64,000 nt of DNA. Origin: an uncultured delta proteobacterium (GTDB lineage: Bacteria; Myxococcota_A; Polyangia; Polyangiales; Polyangiaceae). Of the stretch, positions 30,118 through 42,213 are shown piece after piece; the first letter of the stretch is position 1; each line of letters opens with the position of its first letter. A program made the position numbers and the translations under genes. The notes under the pieces were generated by a model. That model did no database searches. It worked only from the letters and a program-made list of their open reading frames with translations, and was not told where the DNA came from. The stretch is from the NCBI GenBank assembly GCA_963716725.1, contig CAVQUB010000018.1, positions 32,001-96,000 on the forward strand, read 5' to 3'.

Positions 30118-30366
30118 ATGAAAGACGGAAAATTGAAGGTCGCCTACGTCATCACCCAGCGCAACGGCAAGAACCACTGGACCAGGATCGGCGTCGGCTT
30201 CGTGAACCGAGACGGATCCATCAACATCAAGCTCGAGGCCGTGCCGGTGTCCGGCGAGCTGCAGATTCGGGACCAGGTCCCGCGGGAGAACAACCTGACG
30301 TTGGTGGGCCGCGACCAAGGCAAGAACGGTCACGCGACGGTCGAGCCCGTCGCCGAGCTGGGGTGA
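30118..30366 (+). CDS. Small conserved-looking beta protein (WTRIGVGF-NRDGS-N..LEAVP..G.L motif), possibly ssDNA-binding
   Basis: Strong RBS; stop overlaps comEA start (GTGA); function is inferred. Confidence 0.7.
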   Translation: MKDGKLKVAYVITQRNGKNHWTRIGVGFVNRDGSINIKLEAVPVSGELQIRDQVPRENNLTLVGRDQGKNGHATVEPVAELG

Positions 30367-30884
30367 ACGTCATGGCGACCCCGGATGCCAACGAAGCAAC
30401 TAGCCACCGGAGCCCTTGGTTTCCGGTGGCGCTCAAGGTCGGCGGCATCGCGGCGCTCCTGATCGGGCTCGCCGGCATCGGCGCCGCATCGATGATCCTG
30501 GGCGATGGCGGCGTGGCCGTCGCCCGGGGCGCGGCGCCGGCGACCAGCAGCGCGGCGTCAGAGGCTCGAGCACCGGCCCCGCTGGCCTCGACGGGTCCAC
30601 GCGCGCCGAGCGCTGGCGTCACGGCCGACGGCAAGGTGATCCTGAACCTCGCCGAGGCCGACGATCTGCGGCGCCTTCCCGGCATCGGGCAGCGGCGCGC
30701 CGAGGCCATCCTGGAGCTGCGCGGCAGGCTGAAGCGCTTTCGACGAGTGTCGGACTTGCTTCGAGTGCGCGGGATCGGCGTGCGTGCGCTGAGGCGCATC
30801 ACGCCGCTGGTGGTGCTCGATCCGCCCAAGCCACCCGCGAGTCCAGACGCCGGGGCCGATGCGGCGGACGGCGCGATCCACTAA
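30363..30884 (+). CDS. comEA: ComEA-family helix-hairpin-helix DNA-binding protein with N-terminal membrane anchor
   Basis: VILNLAEADDLRRLPGIGQRRAEAIL...F..VSDLLRVRGIG. Confidence 0.88.
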   Translation: MNVMATPDANEATSHRSPWFPVALKVGGIAALLIGLAGIGAASMILGDGGVAVARGAAPATSSAASEARAPAPLASTGPRAPSAGVTADGKVILNLAEADDLRRLPGIGQRRAEAILELRGRLKRFRRVSDLLRVRGIGVRALRRITPLVVLDPPKPPASPDAGADAADGAIH

Positions 30885-30893
30885 GCTGCGCGC

Positions 30894-31790
30894 GTGCTCC
30901 GCCAGCTCTCGCGTACTTCGGGCGCCATCGCTCTCGCGCTGCTGGTCGCCTGGGCCTGCACGGCGGCGCCACCGCCTGCCACCGAACCGAGCCCGCCGCT
31001 GGTGGGCCCAGGCGCTCCGACGCCCACGCCCGCCGACGCCTCGGTGGCGCCGGCCGTCGACGCGAGTGCGGACGCTTCGGTGGACGTGTCGGCACGCGAG
31101 CGCTGTCCCGCCGACATGCTGCACGTCGCCCGCGACTTCTGCACCAAGGTGGATCGCCAGTGCCTGAAGAGCGAGTACGACAAAGCCAACCACATCACCA
31201 TCTGCCACCGCTTCAAGCCCGGCAGCACCCAGTGCGTCGGGCCGCGGTTGGCTTTGGACTACTGCATCGACCGCTACGAGTATCCGAACGAAAAGGGCGC
31301 GCACCAGCCGGTGATGGTCAGCTTCTACGACGGCAGCGGGCTGTGCGCGGCCAAGGGCAAGCGACTCTGCTACGAGAGCGAATGGACCGCGGCCTGCGAA
31401 GGCCCCGGCGAGACGCCCTTCCCCTATGGCTGGGAGCGATCGGCCGAGAAGTGCAACATCGACAACGCCTGGGTGAACCCGAGCTTGAAGAAGATTTATT
31501 CCAACGATCCGGCGCTGCGTGACGCAGAGCTCGCGCGACTGGATCGCAGCGTGCCGAGCGGATCGATGCCCGGCTGTGTCAGCGGCGACGGCGTGCACGA
31601 CCTGACGGGCAACGTCGATGAGTGGGTGCTGGCCGATCGGGATCGCCCCGAAGAAAAGGGGCGTTTCTCTGCGCTCAAGGGCGGCGCCTGGGGCCACGTG
31701 CGCAACGCCTGCCGTCCCGTGACGACCAGTCACGCGCCCGAATTCACGTACTACTTCGTGAGCTTTCGCTGCTGCAAAGATCCGGGTTGA
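30894..31790 (+). CDS. FGE-sulfatase (SUMF1) domain lipoprotein
   Basis: [41 protein letters not shown]. Confidence 0.85.
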   Translation: MLRQLSRTSGAIALALLVAWACTAAPPPATEPSPPLVGPGAPTPTPADASVAPAVDASADASVDVSARERCPADMLHVARDFCTKVDRQCLKSEYDKANHITICHRFKPGSTQCVGPRLALDYCIDRYEYPNEKGAHQPVMVSFYDGSGLCAAKGKRLCYESEWTAACEGPGETPFPYGWERSAEKCNIDNAWVNPSLKKIYSNDPALRDAELARLDRSVPSGSMPGCVSGDGVHDLTGNVDEWVLADRDRPEEKGRFSALKGGAWGHVRNACRPVTTSHAPEFTYYFVSFRCCKDPG

Positions 31791-32403
31791 CCACTGCGCC
31801 GCGCAGCGCGCGCAAGAGCGGCTCGATCTGTGCTCGCCGCAGCTTGAACTGCGCGCGATTGGCGACCAGCACGCTGGACACCTCGGCGACCAACTCGCGC
31901 TCCTCGAGGTCGTTTTCGACCAACGTGGTTCCGGTCTCGACCAGATCGACGATCAAGTGCGCGAGCCCGACCAACGGCGCGAGCTCGACCGAGCCCTGCA
32001 CGTAGATGATCTCGGCCTGGATCGCCCCGTTTCGCGAAGTGGCTCGCCGCGATGTGCGCGTATTTGGTAGCCACCCGGGGCACCGCGGGCACCTCGGCGC
32101 CGCGCTCTGCCGCCACCACCATGCGGCAGCGCCCGATGCCGAGATCGAGCGGTTGGTACAGATCGTAGCGGCGCTCCAGCAGCACGTCGCGACCGCTGAC
32201 GCCGAGATCGGCCGCGCCGTACTCGACGTAGGTCGGCACGTCGTCGGGCTTGAGGAGCAAGAACCTGAGGGATCCGTCGGCGCTTTCCCGGACCAGCCGC
32301 CGGTCGTCGGCGAGGACGCACGAGGCGTCGACGCCAGCGCGCGCGAGCAGCGCCGCGAGCGGCTTGGTGACGCGACCCTTCGGGATCGCGACCGTGAGCG
32401 GTC

Positions 32404-32407
<4 letters not shown>
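31744..32407 (-). CDS. hisG: ATP phosphoribosyltransferase, short form (frameshift at about 32023)
   Basis: [28 protein letters not shown]; continues in another frame as [18 protein letters not shown]. Confidence 0.9.
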
Positions 32408-33673
<1,266 letters not shown>

Positions 33674-33775
33674 GGTGCGGCGGGTCGCGTACGCTCGGGC
33701 GCGCGAAAGGGCAAGCAAGAAAAACCCGACGGGTCCCGGCTCCCGATCCGCGCTAGTCTCCCCCCACCGCGGAGC

Positions 33776-36133
33776 ATGAGCCGAGACGAAGCGCGCGAAG
33801 ACGACCCCACCATGGGCATGACGCCGTGGTCAGCGCCATCGCATACTGGCGAACACGTCGTTCTCGGTGGCCGCTACGAGATCTTGGGCCTGCTTGGCAG
33901 CGGCGGCATGGGCAGCGTGTACCGCGCCCACGACCGCGAGCTCGACGAGGTGGTGGCGCTCAAGACACTCCTGGCGGACACGGTCGCCTCGGCGCCCGTG
34001 CTCGAGCGCTTCCGGCAGGAGGTGAAGCTTGCGCGCCGGGTCACGCATCCGAACGTCGCCCGCACCTTCGACATCGGCGAGGACGAGCGCGGGAAATTCC
34101 TGACCATGGAGTACGTGGAGGGCGAGTCCCTCGCGGCGCTCCTGGGACGCGAAGGGCGCCTCTCGCCCGCGAGAGCCACGGAGATCGCGCTGTCGATCTG
34201 CTCGGGGCTCTGCGCGGCCCACTCGGTCGGCGTCGTGCATCGGGATCTGAAGCCCGAGAACGTGCTGCTCGACGGCGTCGGGCGCGTCGTGATCACCGAC
34301 TTCGGTATCGCCTGCGCGCGCGTGGACCGAGCCGACGCGCCGGCGACGAGCGGTGGCGTCGTGGGCACCCCCGCCTACATGGCGCCGGAGCAGGTGGAGG
34401 CCCGGCCGGACGTCGACGAACGAGCCGACATCTACGCGCTCGGCGTGCTGCTCTTCGAGATGCTTACCGGCAAGATGCCTTTCTCGGGGAACTCACCCTA
34501 TGCGGTCGCCACCGCCCGGCTGACTTCGGACCCGCCCGATCCCCGCCGGGAGCGAGGGGACTTGCCCGAGGGGATTTGTCGCATCGTCCAGCGCTGCATG
34601 GCGCGGCAGAGGGATGAGCGCTACTCGAGCGCCGAGCGGGTGTCCGCGGATCTGAGCACCGCGGCTCCGACGCAGTTCGACGAGCTGCACGTCTCGCATC
34701 CGTCGGCGGCGTGGCAGCCGCCGAGCCCGGCGGCGCCGACGCGACCGGGGGACAAGACGCTGGCCGTTCTGCCCTTCAGAAACTCGGGGCCGCCGGAGGA
34801 CGACTATTTGGCGGATGGCTTGACCGAGGATCTAATCGATACGCTCAGCGTCTCTCCGGGCCTCAAGCTCCGCCCCCGCGCCAGCGTGCTTTCGTTTCGC
34901 GGATCGACCGCAGATCCCAGGGAGGTGGGCCGGCTCCTCGACGTGCAAGTGGTGGTCGACGGCTCAGTTCGTCGCGTCGGCGGATCGCTGCGCATATCGA
35001 CCCGCTTGATCGGCGTCTCCGATGGCTTTCAGCTCTGGGCCAAGCGCTTCGACCGGCCCGAGGCCGACGCCTTGGTCGTCAGTGACGAAGCGGCGCATGC
35101 CATCGCCGACGCATTGAGCATCGACCCGGCCTCGCCGCTGCGACAGGCCCCGAGCGACGCCAGCGCCATCGACCTCTACTTGCGGGGAAAGCAAGAGCTG
35201 CGGCTCATCTGGCGCGAGCCCGTGCGACGAGCGGTGGAGCTCTTCGAACAGGCGCATCGACGCGCGCCGGCCGATGTCACGCTGTTGGCTGCCTACGCCC
35301 GGGCGCGCGCGCGGCTCTGGTACTTCGACGGCGGAGCGGCCGAGGCCCGGGAGGCGCGTGAACTCGCCGAGCGCGCGCTCACTCTGGCTCCCGAGCGGGG
35401 CGAGAGCTGGCTCGCGCTCGCGTCCGTGAGGTTCGCAGAGCAGGACGTGGCCGCAGCCGCGCAGTTGCTGTCGCAGGCGCTGCGCCGCTCGCCGCAACTT
35501 GCCGAGGCCCACGAACTGTGGGCCGAGGTCGCCCTCGATGTGCTCGACCCGGAGGAAGCGCTGGCCCGCTACCGCACCGCCCTCGCGCTCGATCCGGAGC
35601 TGCGATGCCGGTACCAGATGGCGCGCCTCCACGCCTACGCCGGGCGATGGGACGAAGTCGACGCGCTAGAGAGTGTTCCAGTCGACGACGAACAGACCCG
35701 CACGCTGCAAGCGGCGTCCCGCGTTCGCATGGCGCTCTGGAGCCCGAACGCGGAGGAGCGCGTGAAGGGGATTTCGGCGCCGACCTCAGCGGAGGATCTG
35801 ATGCCGGTGAAATATGCCGAGGCCTGTCTCGCGGTCATTCGATCGGGCGGCGTGTCGGAACAAGTGCGCGCGTTCATGGATTCCCAGTTCGCCCAGCAGC
35901 ACCAAGCGCCGCGCCTGGCGACCTTCAAGCACATGCTGGCCACCGAACTGACCGCCTTCGTCCTCGACCTGCCCGCCGCCATGAGGCAACTCGAGTCGGC
36001 GGTGAGCGCGGGGCTCACCGACCAGAACTGGCTCGAGCGTTGCCCGGTCCTCGCCCCGCTGCGCAAGCTCCCCGAATTCGAGCGGCTTTCGGCCGTGACT
36101 CGCCAGCGAGCCGCTCGGGCGCGCGCGATTTGA
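33776..36133 (+). CDS. Ser/Thr kinase with TolB-like domain and TPR repeats
   Basis: [52 protein letters not shown]; helical repeats. Confidence 0.9.
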   Translation: MSRDEAREDDPTMGMTPWSAPSHTGEHVVLGGRYEILGLLGSGGMGSVYRAHDRELDEVVALKTLLADTVASAPVLERFRQEVKLARRVTHPNVARTFDIGEDERGKFLTMEYVEGESLAALLGREGRLSPARATEIALSICSGLCAAHSVGVVHRDLKPENVLLDGVGRVVITDFGIACARVDRADAPATSGGVVGTPAYMAPEQVEARPDVDERADIYALGVLLFEMLTGKMPFSGNSPYAVATARLTSDPPDPRRERGDLPEGICRIVQRCMARQRDERYSSAERVSADLSTAAPTQFDELHVSHPSAAWQPPSPAAPTRPGDKTLAVLPFRNSGPPEDDYLADGLTEDLIDTLSVSPGLKLRPRASVLSFRGSTADPREVGRLLDVQVVVDGSVRRVGGSLRISTRLIGVSDGFQLWAKRFDRPEADALVVSDEAAHAIADALSIDPASPLRQAPSDASAIDLYLRGKQELRLIWREPVRRAVELFEQAHRRAPADVTLLAAYARARARLWYFDGGAAEAREARELAERALTLAPERGESWLALASVRFAEQDVAAAAQLLSQALRRSPQLAEAHELWAEVALDVLDPEEALARYRTALALDPELRCRYQMARLHAYAGRWDEVDALESVPVDDEQTRTLQAASRVRMALWSPNAEERVKGISAPTSAEDLMPVKYAEACLAVIRSGGVSEQVRAFMDSQFAQQHQAPRLATFKHMLATELTAFVLDLPAAMRQLESAVSAGLTDQNWLERCPVLAPLRKLPEFERLSAVTRQRAARARAI

Positions 36134-36180
36134 TTTTTTCCTTCGGCCTTCGGCGAGCGCCGAGACTAGTCTTGTCGACC

Positions 36181-38199
36181 ATGCGACCGCGCCAGAGGCT
36201 CGCCCTCCTTGCGAGTGTTCTCGTCGTCAGCGGTACCGCGGCTGCGGAGCCGCAGCCGTCGCTCGACCTGCGAAACTTCCACCCACCCGCCGACCCGCAG
36301 GGGTCGCTGTACCTGGAACCGACCTCGACGCCCGGCGCCGGCGAATGGAACGTCGGCGCGTGGCTGTCCTATGCCAATCGGCCGGTCCGACTGGAGGACG
36401 CTTCGGGTGCGCGTGTGGCGGTGCCCCTCGAGAACCAGCTCTCCCTGGACTATGTCGCGTCGCTCGGGGTGCTGGACCGGCTCGCGCTCAGCCTGACGCT
36501 GCCGACCGTGCTCTACCAGAACGGCGATGAAGTCGGCGCGCAGCTGGGCGATGGTCGCCTGCCGCAGACTGCGATCGGAGACGCGGCCTTCGGCGTCAAG
36601 GCCACGCTCGTGCCCACCAGCAGCCTGGGCGGATTCGGCCTGGCAGCGCTCGCGCGAGTGGCAGCGCCGACCGGCGACAGCCGCTCGTACGTCTCGGATG
36701 GCGCGGTGGCAGGCGAGCTGCGCCTGCTGGGCGAGCTGAAGCTGATCCTGCTCACGGTCCAGGGCTCGGCCGGCGCGAAGATCCGCGGCGAGCAGCGCAC
36801 CTTCGTGGGTGAAGAATTCGGGCACGAGTTGCCTTGGGGCGTCGCCGTAGGGCTCAGACCTCAGGCGCTGGGCATCGACAAAGACGGGCGCTGGACCTGG
36901 ACCCTGGAGACACGCGGGCAGGTGGCCATGTCGCCGAAGTTCGGCGGCGCAGCCGGTTCGCCGGCGTTGGCCGGCGCGTCTGCGCGCTACGCGCTCGGCG
37001 ACGTTTCGTTGATCGGCGGGGTCGAGCTCCCGCTCAACCAGGCCGTGGGAAGCCCGCGGGTCCGCGGCGTGCTGGGCGTGTCCTGGGCGCCACGCTTCTA
37101 CGACGAGGACGGCGACGGCGTCGCGGACGACCAAGATGAATGCCCGGAGTTGGCGGAGGACAAGGACGGCTTCGAAGATCGCGACGGCTGCCCCGAATCC
37201 GACAACGACGACGACGGCGTCTCAGACGAGGACGACAAGTGCCCCGCCGAGCGTGAAGACGAGGACGGATTTCAGGACGACGACGGATGCCCGGATCCCG
37301 ACAACGACAGCGACGGTGTCTTGGACGTCGACGACTCTTGTCCCGACGAGGCCGGTCCCAAGAAAGGCTCGACGCGCGGCCCGGGTTGCCCGTCCAAAGA
37401 CGCCGACGCCGATGGCGTCGACGACGCGGCGGACAAGTGTCCCGATCAGCCGGAAGACCGCGACGGCTTCGCCGACGACGACGGTTGTCCGGACCCAGAC
37501 AACGACAGCGACGGCGTACTCGACGAGGAAGACGCCTGCCCCACGGTCAAGGGTGACGCGCGCTCGGATCCCAAGTTGAACGGTTGTCCGACGCCGGATC
37601 GCGACGGCGACACCTACAACGACGCGGCGGACAAGTGCCCGGATGCCCCCGAAGATTTCGATGGCGTGGACGACGACGACGGTTGCCCGGACGACGACTC
37701 GGCAAAGCCGGCGGCGCAACGGGCCAAGCCGCTGTTGACCTTTCGAGCCAAGGGCGACCGACAGTCGTTGAAGTGGCGCGTGGCTCCGAAGGTCACCGGC
37801 AAAGCAGATGCGGTCGCGGTCGATCCGAAGACCTTGCCCAGCGTTCGCGCGCTCGCGACCGAGCTCAACAAGAACCCGTCCTGGGTCGTGTTGGTGGGCT
37901 TCCGTACGGCAGGCGGTGCGGCCACCGCCGATCAAGACGCTCTCAACAAGTCCTTCGCGCTCGTCAACGCGCTGCGATCGCTCACGCACCGCGACGACGT
38001 CGCCGAGAGCATCGGCTGGAGCGCCGTGAAGGGTGAGCCCGACGCCAACGCAAACGGCTTCGGTATCCTGGTCCTGGGCGCGGCGCCCCAAGCCAAGCTC
38101 CAGCTCGCGGAGCCGGTCCGACAGATGCCGCGCCTGGTGGCACCGCGGCTGGCCAATCCGCCGAAGCTGGCACCGCCGCCCACCAAGAAGACGCCGTGA
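36181..38199 (+). CDS. Outer-membrane beta-barrel with thrombospondin type-3 repeats and degenerate OmpA-like C-terminus (TraB-like architecture)
   Basis: Signal peptide at 36181; barrel strands; repeated DxDxDGVxDxxDxCP / EDxDGFxDxDGCP units. Confidence 0.8.
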   Translation: MRPRQRLALLASVLVVSGTAAAEPQPSLDLRNFHPPADPQGSLYLEPTSTPGAGEWNVGAWLSYANRPVRLEDASGARVAVPLENQLSLDYVASLGVLDRLALSLTLPTVLYQNGDEVGAQLGDGRLPQTAIGDAAFGVKATLVPTSSLGGFGLAALARVAAPTGDSRSYVSDGAVAGELRLLGELKLILLTVQGSAGAKIRGEQRTFVGEEFGHELPWGVAVGLRPQALGIDKDGRWTWTLETRGQVAMSPKFGGAAGSPALAGASARYALGDVSLIGGVELPLNQAVGSPRVRGVLGVSWAPRFYDEDGDGVADDQDECPELAEDKDGFEDRDGCPESDNDDDGVSDEDDKCPAEREDEDGFQDDDGCPDPDNDSDGVLDVDDSCPDEAGPKKGSTRGPGCPSKDADADGVDDAADKCPDQPEDRDGFADDDGCPDPDNDSDGVLDEEDACPTVKGDARSDPKLNGCPTPDRDGDTYNDAADKCPDAPEDFDGVDDDDGCPDDDSAKPAAQRAKPLLTFRAKGDRQSLKWRVAPKVTGKADAVAVDPKTLPSVRALATELNKNPSWVVLVGFRTAGGAATADQDALNKSFALVNALRSLTHRDDVAESIGWSAVKGEPDANANGFGILVLGAAPQAKLQLAEPVRQMPRLVAPRLANPPKLAPPPTKKTP

Positions 38200-40292
38200 A
38201 GCTCTGCCGGGCAGCGGCGTTCGTCGCCTTCGCCTTCTTCGCCAGCCCGCCCCTGGCCGCGGCCGCCCCGCCTCGCCCGACGACGCCCGTGCGACGTCCG
38301 GTATCGCGTCGACCGCCGCCCAAGCAGGTGCGGCCAGCCGTAAAACCCAGGTCCGAACCCGCGGGTCTCCAAGCGAGAACCGGCATTGCAATTGCGACGC
38401 GGGCGATCAAGTCCACCGAAGTCGCAGAGCGGGTCCGCGGCTTCGAGCGCCTGGGGGAGGTCGGAACTCCCGCCGCCACCGAGCTCTTGGCCAAGGCCCT
38501 GGAGCCCGGCGGCGCGGCCAAGGGCTTCGAGGATCGCTTGACCGTGGTGCGCGCGCTGGCCAAGCACGCGCGTGAACCGGGTCCGCGCCAGGCGCTGGCT
38601 CGCGCGATGGCGAGCGCTTCCTCGGGGCGGGCAGACGACGCTGGCGAGATCATGGTCCGGGATACGGCGGCGCTCGCGCTGGCGCGGTCCGCACACCGGG
38701 AGGCCCTCGAGATCCTGGGCAAGGCCCTGCGCCAAGAGGGTCCCATCGCTGCCTCTGCCGGCCGCGCGATCGTCGCGCACCCGCCACGGAGCCTCGAACC
38801 CATCGTGTCCGCTCGCGGAGCGCCGACACGCGCTCTGGTGGACGCCATCGACGCGTTGGGAGATCAACGCGCGTTTTCCGCGCTGCGCAGCTGGGTCAAG
38901 CACGGTTCGCCGGAGATCCGAGGACGCGCTGCCATCACGCTGACTCGCCTCGGCGACTACGAGACGGTCGCGCTCGCCCGTCAGTGGCGGGCGAAGAACA
39001 AGAGCGACACCCAGCTGCTCGTCGCGGCGACTCGGATCCTGGTCTCGTCTCGGGCGCCCGAAGCCGGTCGCGCCCTCGAGTCACTGCTGGCAAACGCCGA
39101 GACGGTCGAAGCGGCGCTGGAGCTGGTGCCCATTGCGCGCTCGCCGGAGCTGCTGCCAGCGCTGGAAAAACGCCTGGCTCGGGCAGATGCGGGCAGCGCC
39201 CCGGTGCTGCTCGGCGCCATCGGTCGCCTGGGAACGCCGGCCGCCGCCCGCCGCTTGTCCAAAGAGCTGAAAAGCGTGAGCCATGGAAATGCGGCGGCGT
39301 ATGCCCTGGCAACCTGCCCAGGCCCGGTGGCCCGCGATCTCATCGCGCGGGCGCTCGCGACTCGCACCACGCTTCGGGCGGCGGCTCGAGCGGCGGTCGT
39401 GCGTGAACTCTTGCTCGGCGAACGCGTCGCCGACATCGACGGCGCCCTGCGCACGCTGATCGTTTCCGCAGATCCCGCAGATCGAGCGGCGGGAGCCTGG
39501 GGCATCGCGAGCCGCAACGCCGACCACGCCCGGACTTTGCTCGGGCGCAGCGATCTCGTGGTCGTGCGAGCGGCGGCACGCGCCGCGATGAGCGAGCCGG
39601 CGGCGAGCGCTGCCGCCCAGCGCCTGGCAACCGAGCAGGACTCGCTCACGCGCACCGCGCTGGCCATCAGCTTGCTGAGCGAGTCGAGCGCCGCTCGGGT
39701 TCCGACCGCGGTGGTCGTCGAACTCGTCGAGAACGGCGGCGCCGCAGCCGCGCTCGCCGCCAAGGCGCTCGCCACTCGAGACTCGGAAGCCGAGCGCCCG
39801 CAGATCGAAAGGCTCTCCAAGAGCGGTGATCCGCTCATTCGCGCTCACATCGCCCTCGGGCTCGCGGACAGCCGGGAGGCCTCGGCCGTGGGTCTGCTGC
39901 GGGAAATCTACCGCTTCGAACAAGATGCGGACGTGCGGCACGCCGTGGTGACGGCACTCAGTCGTCGCAGCGACCGCTCGAGGCTGCGCACGCTCGAGCT
40001 AGCCGCAGACCTCGACGGCGACGAGCGGGTGCGCAGCGCCGCGCGTCTGTCGCTGAATGGCGCCCGCCTCTCGCCGCTGCCGCGGGGCCGCTCGGGTCTG
40101 TGGCTCACGCTCGCGGCCAGCGGTGAGGCCGCGAAACGCCCGGCCCAGGCTCGGATCGGGACCTCGAGCGGAGCGGCGCTTCCTGTGGTCGCCGACCCCG
40201 ACGGGCAGGTGCTCTTGATGGGCCTGCCGGAGGGCCCCATCACGCTGCGGGTTGCCGCCGACCCCGACGAGAGCCAGGCTGCGGTCCCCTGA
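38196..40292 (+). CDS. Secreted HEAT-repeat protein
   Basis: Signal peptide; repeats such as SPEIRGRAAITL, DPLIRAHIALGL, DADVRHAVVTAL. Confidence 0.75.
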   Translation: MKLCRAAAFVAFAFFASPPLAAAAPPRPTTPVRRPVSRRPPPKQVRPAVKPRSEPAGLQARTGIAIATRAIKSTEVAERVRGFERLGEVGTPAATELLAKALEPGGAAKGFEDRLTVVRALAKHAREPGPRQALARAMASASSGRADDAGEIMVRDTAALALARSAHREALEILGKALRQEGPIAASAGRAIVAHPPRSLEPIVSARGAPTRALVDAIDALGDQRAFSALRSWVKHGSPEIRGRAAITLTRLGDYETVALARQWRAKNKSDTQLLVAATRILVSSRAPEAGRALESLLANAETVEAALELVPIARSPELLPALEKRLARADAGSAPVLLGAIGRLGTPAAARRLSKELKSVSHGNAAAYALATCPGPVARDLIARALATRTTLRAAARAAVVRELLLGERVADIDGALRTLIVSADPADRAAGAWGIASRNADHARTLLGRSDLVVVRAAARAAMSEPAASAAAQRLATEQDSLTRTALAISLLSESSAARVPTAVVVELVENGGAAAALAAKALATRDSEAERPQIERLSKSGDPLIRAHIALGLADSREASAVGLLREIYRFEQDADVRHAVVTALSRRSDRSRLRTLELAADLDGDERVRSAARLSLNGARLSPLPRGRSGLWLTLAASGEAAKRPAQARIGTSSGAALPVVADPDGQVLLMGLPEGPITLRVAADPDESQAAVP

Positions 40293-40308
40293 GGAGACAG
40301 CACGAGCC

Positions 40309-40575
40309 ATGAGCCCGGAACCCAAGAAGCGACGCGGCGCCAGCACGGAGTCTGAACCCAACTTCGAGGCGTCCCTCGGGCGCCTCGGAGAGATCGTCGA
40401 GCAGCTCGAGTCCGGCGAGCTCGCCCTGGAGCGGTCCCTGGAGTTGTTCGAAGAAGGCGTCCGACTCGCCCGCACTTCGCAAGCCCGGCTCGAGCAGGCC
40501 GAGCGTCGGGTGGAAGAGCTGCTCTCGCTCGACGAAGCAGGCAATCCGGTGGTGGAAGTGCATCCGACCGAGTGA
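40309..40575 (+). CDS. xseB: Exodeoxyribonuclease VII small subunit
   Basis: FEASLGRLGEIVEQLESGELALERSLELFEEGV. Confidence 0.95.
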   Translation: MSPEPKKRRGASTESEPNFEASLGRLGEIVEQLESGELALERSLELFEEGVRLARTSQARLEQAERRVEELLSLDEAGNPVVEVHPTE

Positions 40576-40608
40576 GCAGCGGTCGCATCCGTGTCCAGCA
40601 AGCCGAAC

Positions 40609-41352
40609 ATGAGTCCGCTCATTGCCGAGAGCGCCGCCGTCGTCCTGATTGGCAACGAGCTGTTGAGCGGCAAAGTCCACGAGGCGAATCTGGTGGAACT
40701 CGCCAAGACCTTGCGGGTCTTGGGCATTGGCTTGCGCCGGGTGGTGATGATCCCCGACGAGTTGGATCTAATCGCGAAAGAAGTGGCCCACGAGAGCGGG
40801 TCGCACGACCTGGTCTTCACCAGCGGCGGTGTGGGGCCCACCCACGACGACCTGACCATCGACGGGGTGGCCAAGGCCTTCGGCGTCCAGGCTCGGATCG
40901 ACGAGTCGATGGCCACTATGCTGCGCGCGGCCTACGGCGAGCGCTGCACGGACCACCACTTGCGCATGGCATTGATCCCCGACGGCGCGACCCTCGCGAC
41001 CACGGAAGATGACCGTTGGCCCGTCGTCGTGATGCGCAACGTCTGGGTCCTGCCAGGTGTTCCGCAGATATTCCGGATGAAGCTCGGCGTCGTGCGCGCC
41101 TGGGTGCGCGGTCCAGCGGCGTTCCACTCGCGGGCCGTCTTGACGCGGCTGGACGAGGGAAAGCTCAAGCCGCTGCTCGACGAGATCGTGGCGGCCCACC
41201 CCGGCGTCGACGTCGGCTCGTATCCAAAGTGGTTCGACGCGGCGTACAAGACCAAGATCACCTTCGATTCGCGGGAAACCGGCCGCGTCGACGAGGCCTT
41301 CGCCGCCTTCGTCGCCTTGCTGGACCCGGAGGACGTGGCCGGGGTCGAGTGA
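40609..41352 (+). CDS. CinA N-terminal / molybdopterin-binding (COG1058) protein
   Basis: IGNELLSG, TSGGVGPTHDDLT, LPGVP; no PncC domain. Confidence 0.88.
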   Translation: MSPLIAESAAVVLIGNELLSGKVHEANLVELAKTLRVLGIGLRRVVMIPDELDLIAKEVAHESGSHDLVFTSGGVGPTHDDLTIDGVAKAFGVQARIDESMATMLRAAYGERCTDHHLRMALIPDGATLATTEDDRWPVVVMRNVWVLPGVPQIFRMKLGVVRAWVRGPAAFHSRAVLTRLDEGKLKPLLDEIVAAHPGVDVGSYPKWFDAAYKTKITFDSRETGRVDEAFAAFVALLDPEDVAGVE

Positions 41353-41373
41353 ATCGCCGGCCAATCGCCAGCC
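41352..41373. promoter_or_regulatory. Tandem 11-bp direct repeat AATCGCC(G/A)GCC x2, candidate enhancer-binding site
   Basis: Directly visible; about 95 bp upstream of the sigma54 box before radC. Confidence 0.4.
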
Positions 41374-41467
41374 GGATCTTCTCGGCAACCCGCCCCGATC
41401 GGCGAAGTTGGCGTGGCCACGGCGTGACCCTTGGCGCCACGAGCGCAGGGATCTGCGCGTCCGGCGC

Positions 41468-41484
41468 TTGGCACACGGCGTGCT
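41468..41484 (+). promoter_or_regulatory. Putative sigma54 -24/-12 promoter
   Basis: TTGGCACACGGCGTGCT (GG-N10-GC) directly upstream of radC. Confidence 0.6.
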
Positions 41485-41496
41485 CTTGAGGCGCCC

Positions 41497-42168
41497 ATGC
41501 AGCGCTCCTCCCTGGTCGTGTTCGATCTCACGCCACCGCCCCCCGAACCGACCGAACGCGGCGACGTCGAGCTGTTGTCGCTGTTGATCGGCCCGGCGAA
41601 GGCCGAAGGCGCGCTGACACCGGCCGCGCGATTGCTCGACCACGCCGGTGGACTCGAGGGCATCGCCAAGATGACGGCCCGGGACATCGCGCTGGTAGCC
41701 AAGGTGCGCGCAGACCGGGCGCTGCGCGTCGTGGCCACCCTCGAACTCGGTCGACGCCTGAACGCAGCGTCGAAGCGCACGCGCCGTGACGCGCTGGGCA
41801 GCTTCGGCGCCGTCGAACTCTGGGCAGCGCCGCGCTTGTCGCATCTCGAGCACGAAGAGGTCTGGCTCCTGTGTCTCGACGGCAGAAACGTGCTCAAGGC
41901 GGCCCGCCGCGTCGCTCGCGGCGGCGCCCACGGCTGCGCCCTCACGCCCCGAGATGTCTTGACGCCGGCCCTGCGCGAGGCGGCGAGCGCCGTCGTCTTG
42001 GTTCACAACCATCCGAGCGGCGATCCGACGCCGAGCCCGGAAGACCTGCACATGACTCGAGCGCTGGCCGCCGCCTGTGAGCTGGTCGGGGTGCCGCTGC
42101 TCGACCACGTGGTCGTGGCCCATGGGGGCGCCGCCAGCGTTTTCGAAGCCCTGGAGCCCGCGCTCTAA
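41497..42168 (+). CDS. radC: RadC / JAB domain protein
   Basis: EHEEVWLLCLD, PRDVL, LVHNHPSGDPTPSPED, LLDHVVV. Confidence 0.92.
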   Translation: MQRSSLVVFDLTPPPPEPTERGDVELLSLLIGPAKAEGALTPAARLLDHAGGLEGIAKMTARDIALVAKVRADRALRVVATLELGRRLNAASKRTRRDALGSFGAVELWAAPRLSHLEHEEVWLLCLDGRNVLKAARRVARGGAHGCALTPRDVLTPALREAASAVVLVHNHPSGDPTPSPEDLHMTRALAAACELVGVPLLDHVVVAHGGAASVFEALEPAL

Positions 42169-42213
42169 CAGATCGGCTCGCCGTCGCTGTTCCATCGCAG
42201 TGCAAGACACTCT

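Noticed and set aside
37100..37700. CRISPR-like or DNA-level repeat array
   Set aside because: The repeats are degenerate codons for TSP3 protein repeats; there are no constant repeats with spacers and no cas genes.
36181..38199. traAB kin-recognition locus
   Set aside because: No TraA-like (PA14 plus Cys-rich, MYXO-CTERM) gene is adjacent.
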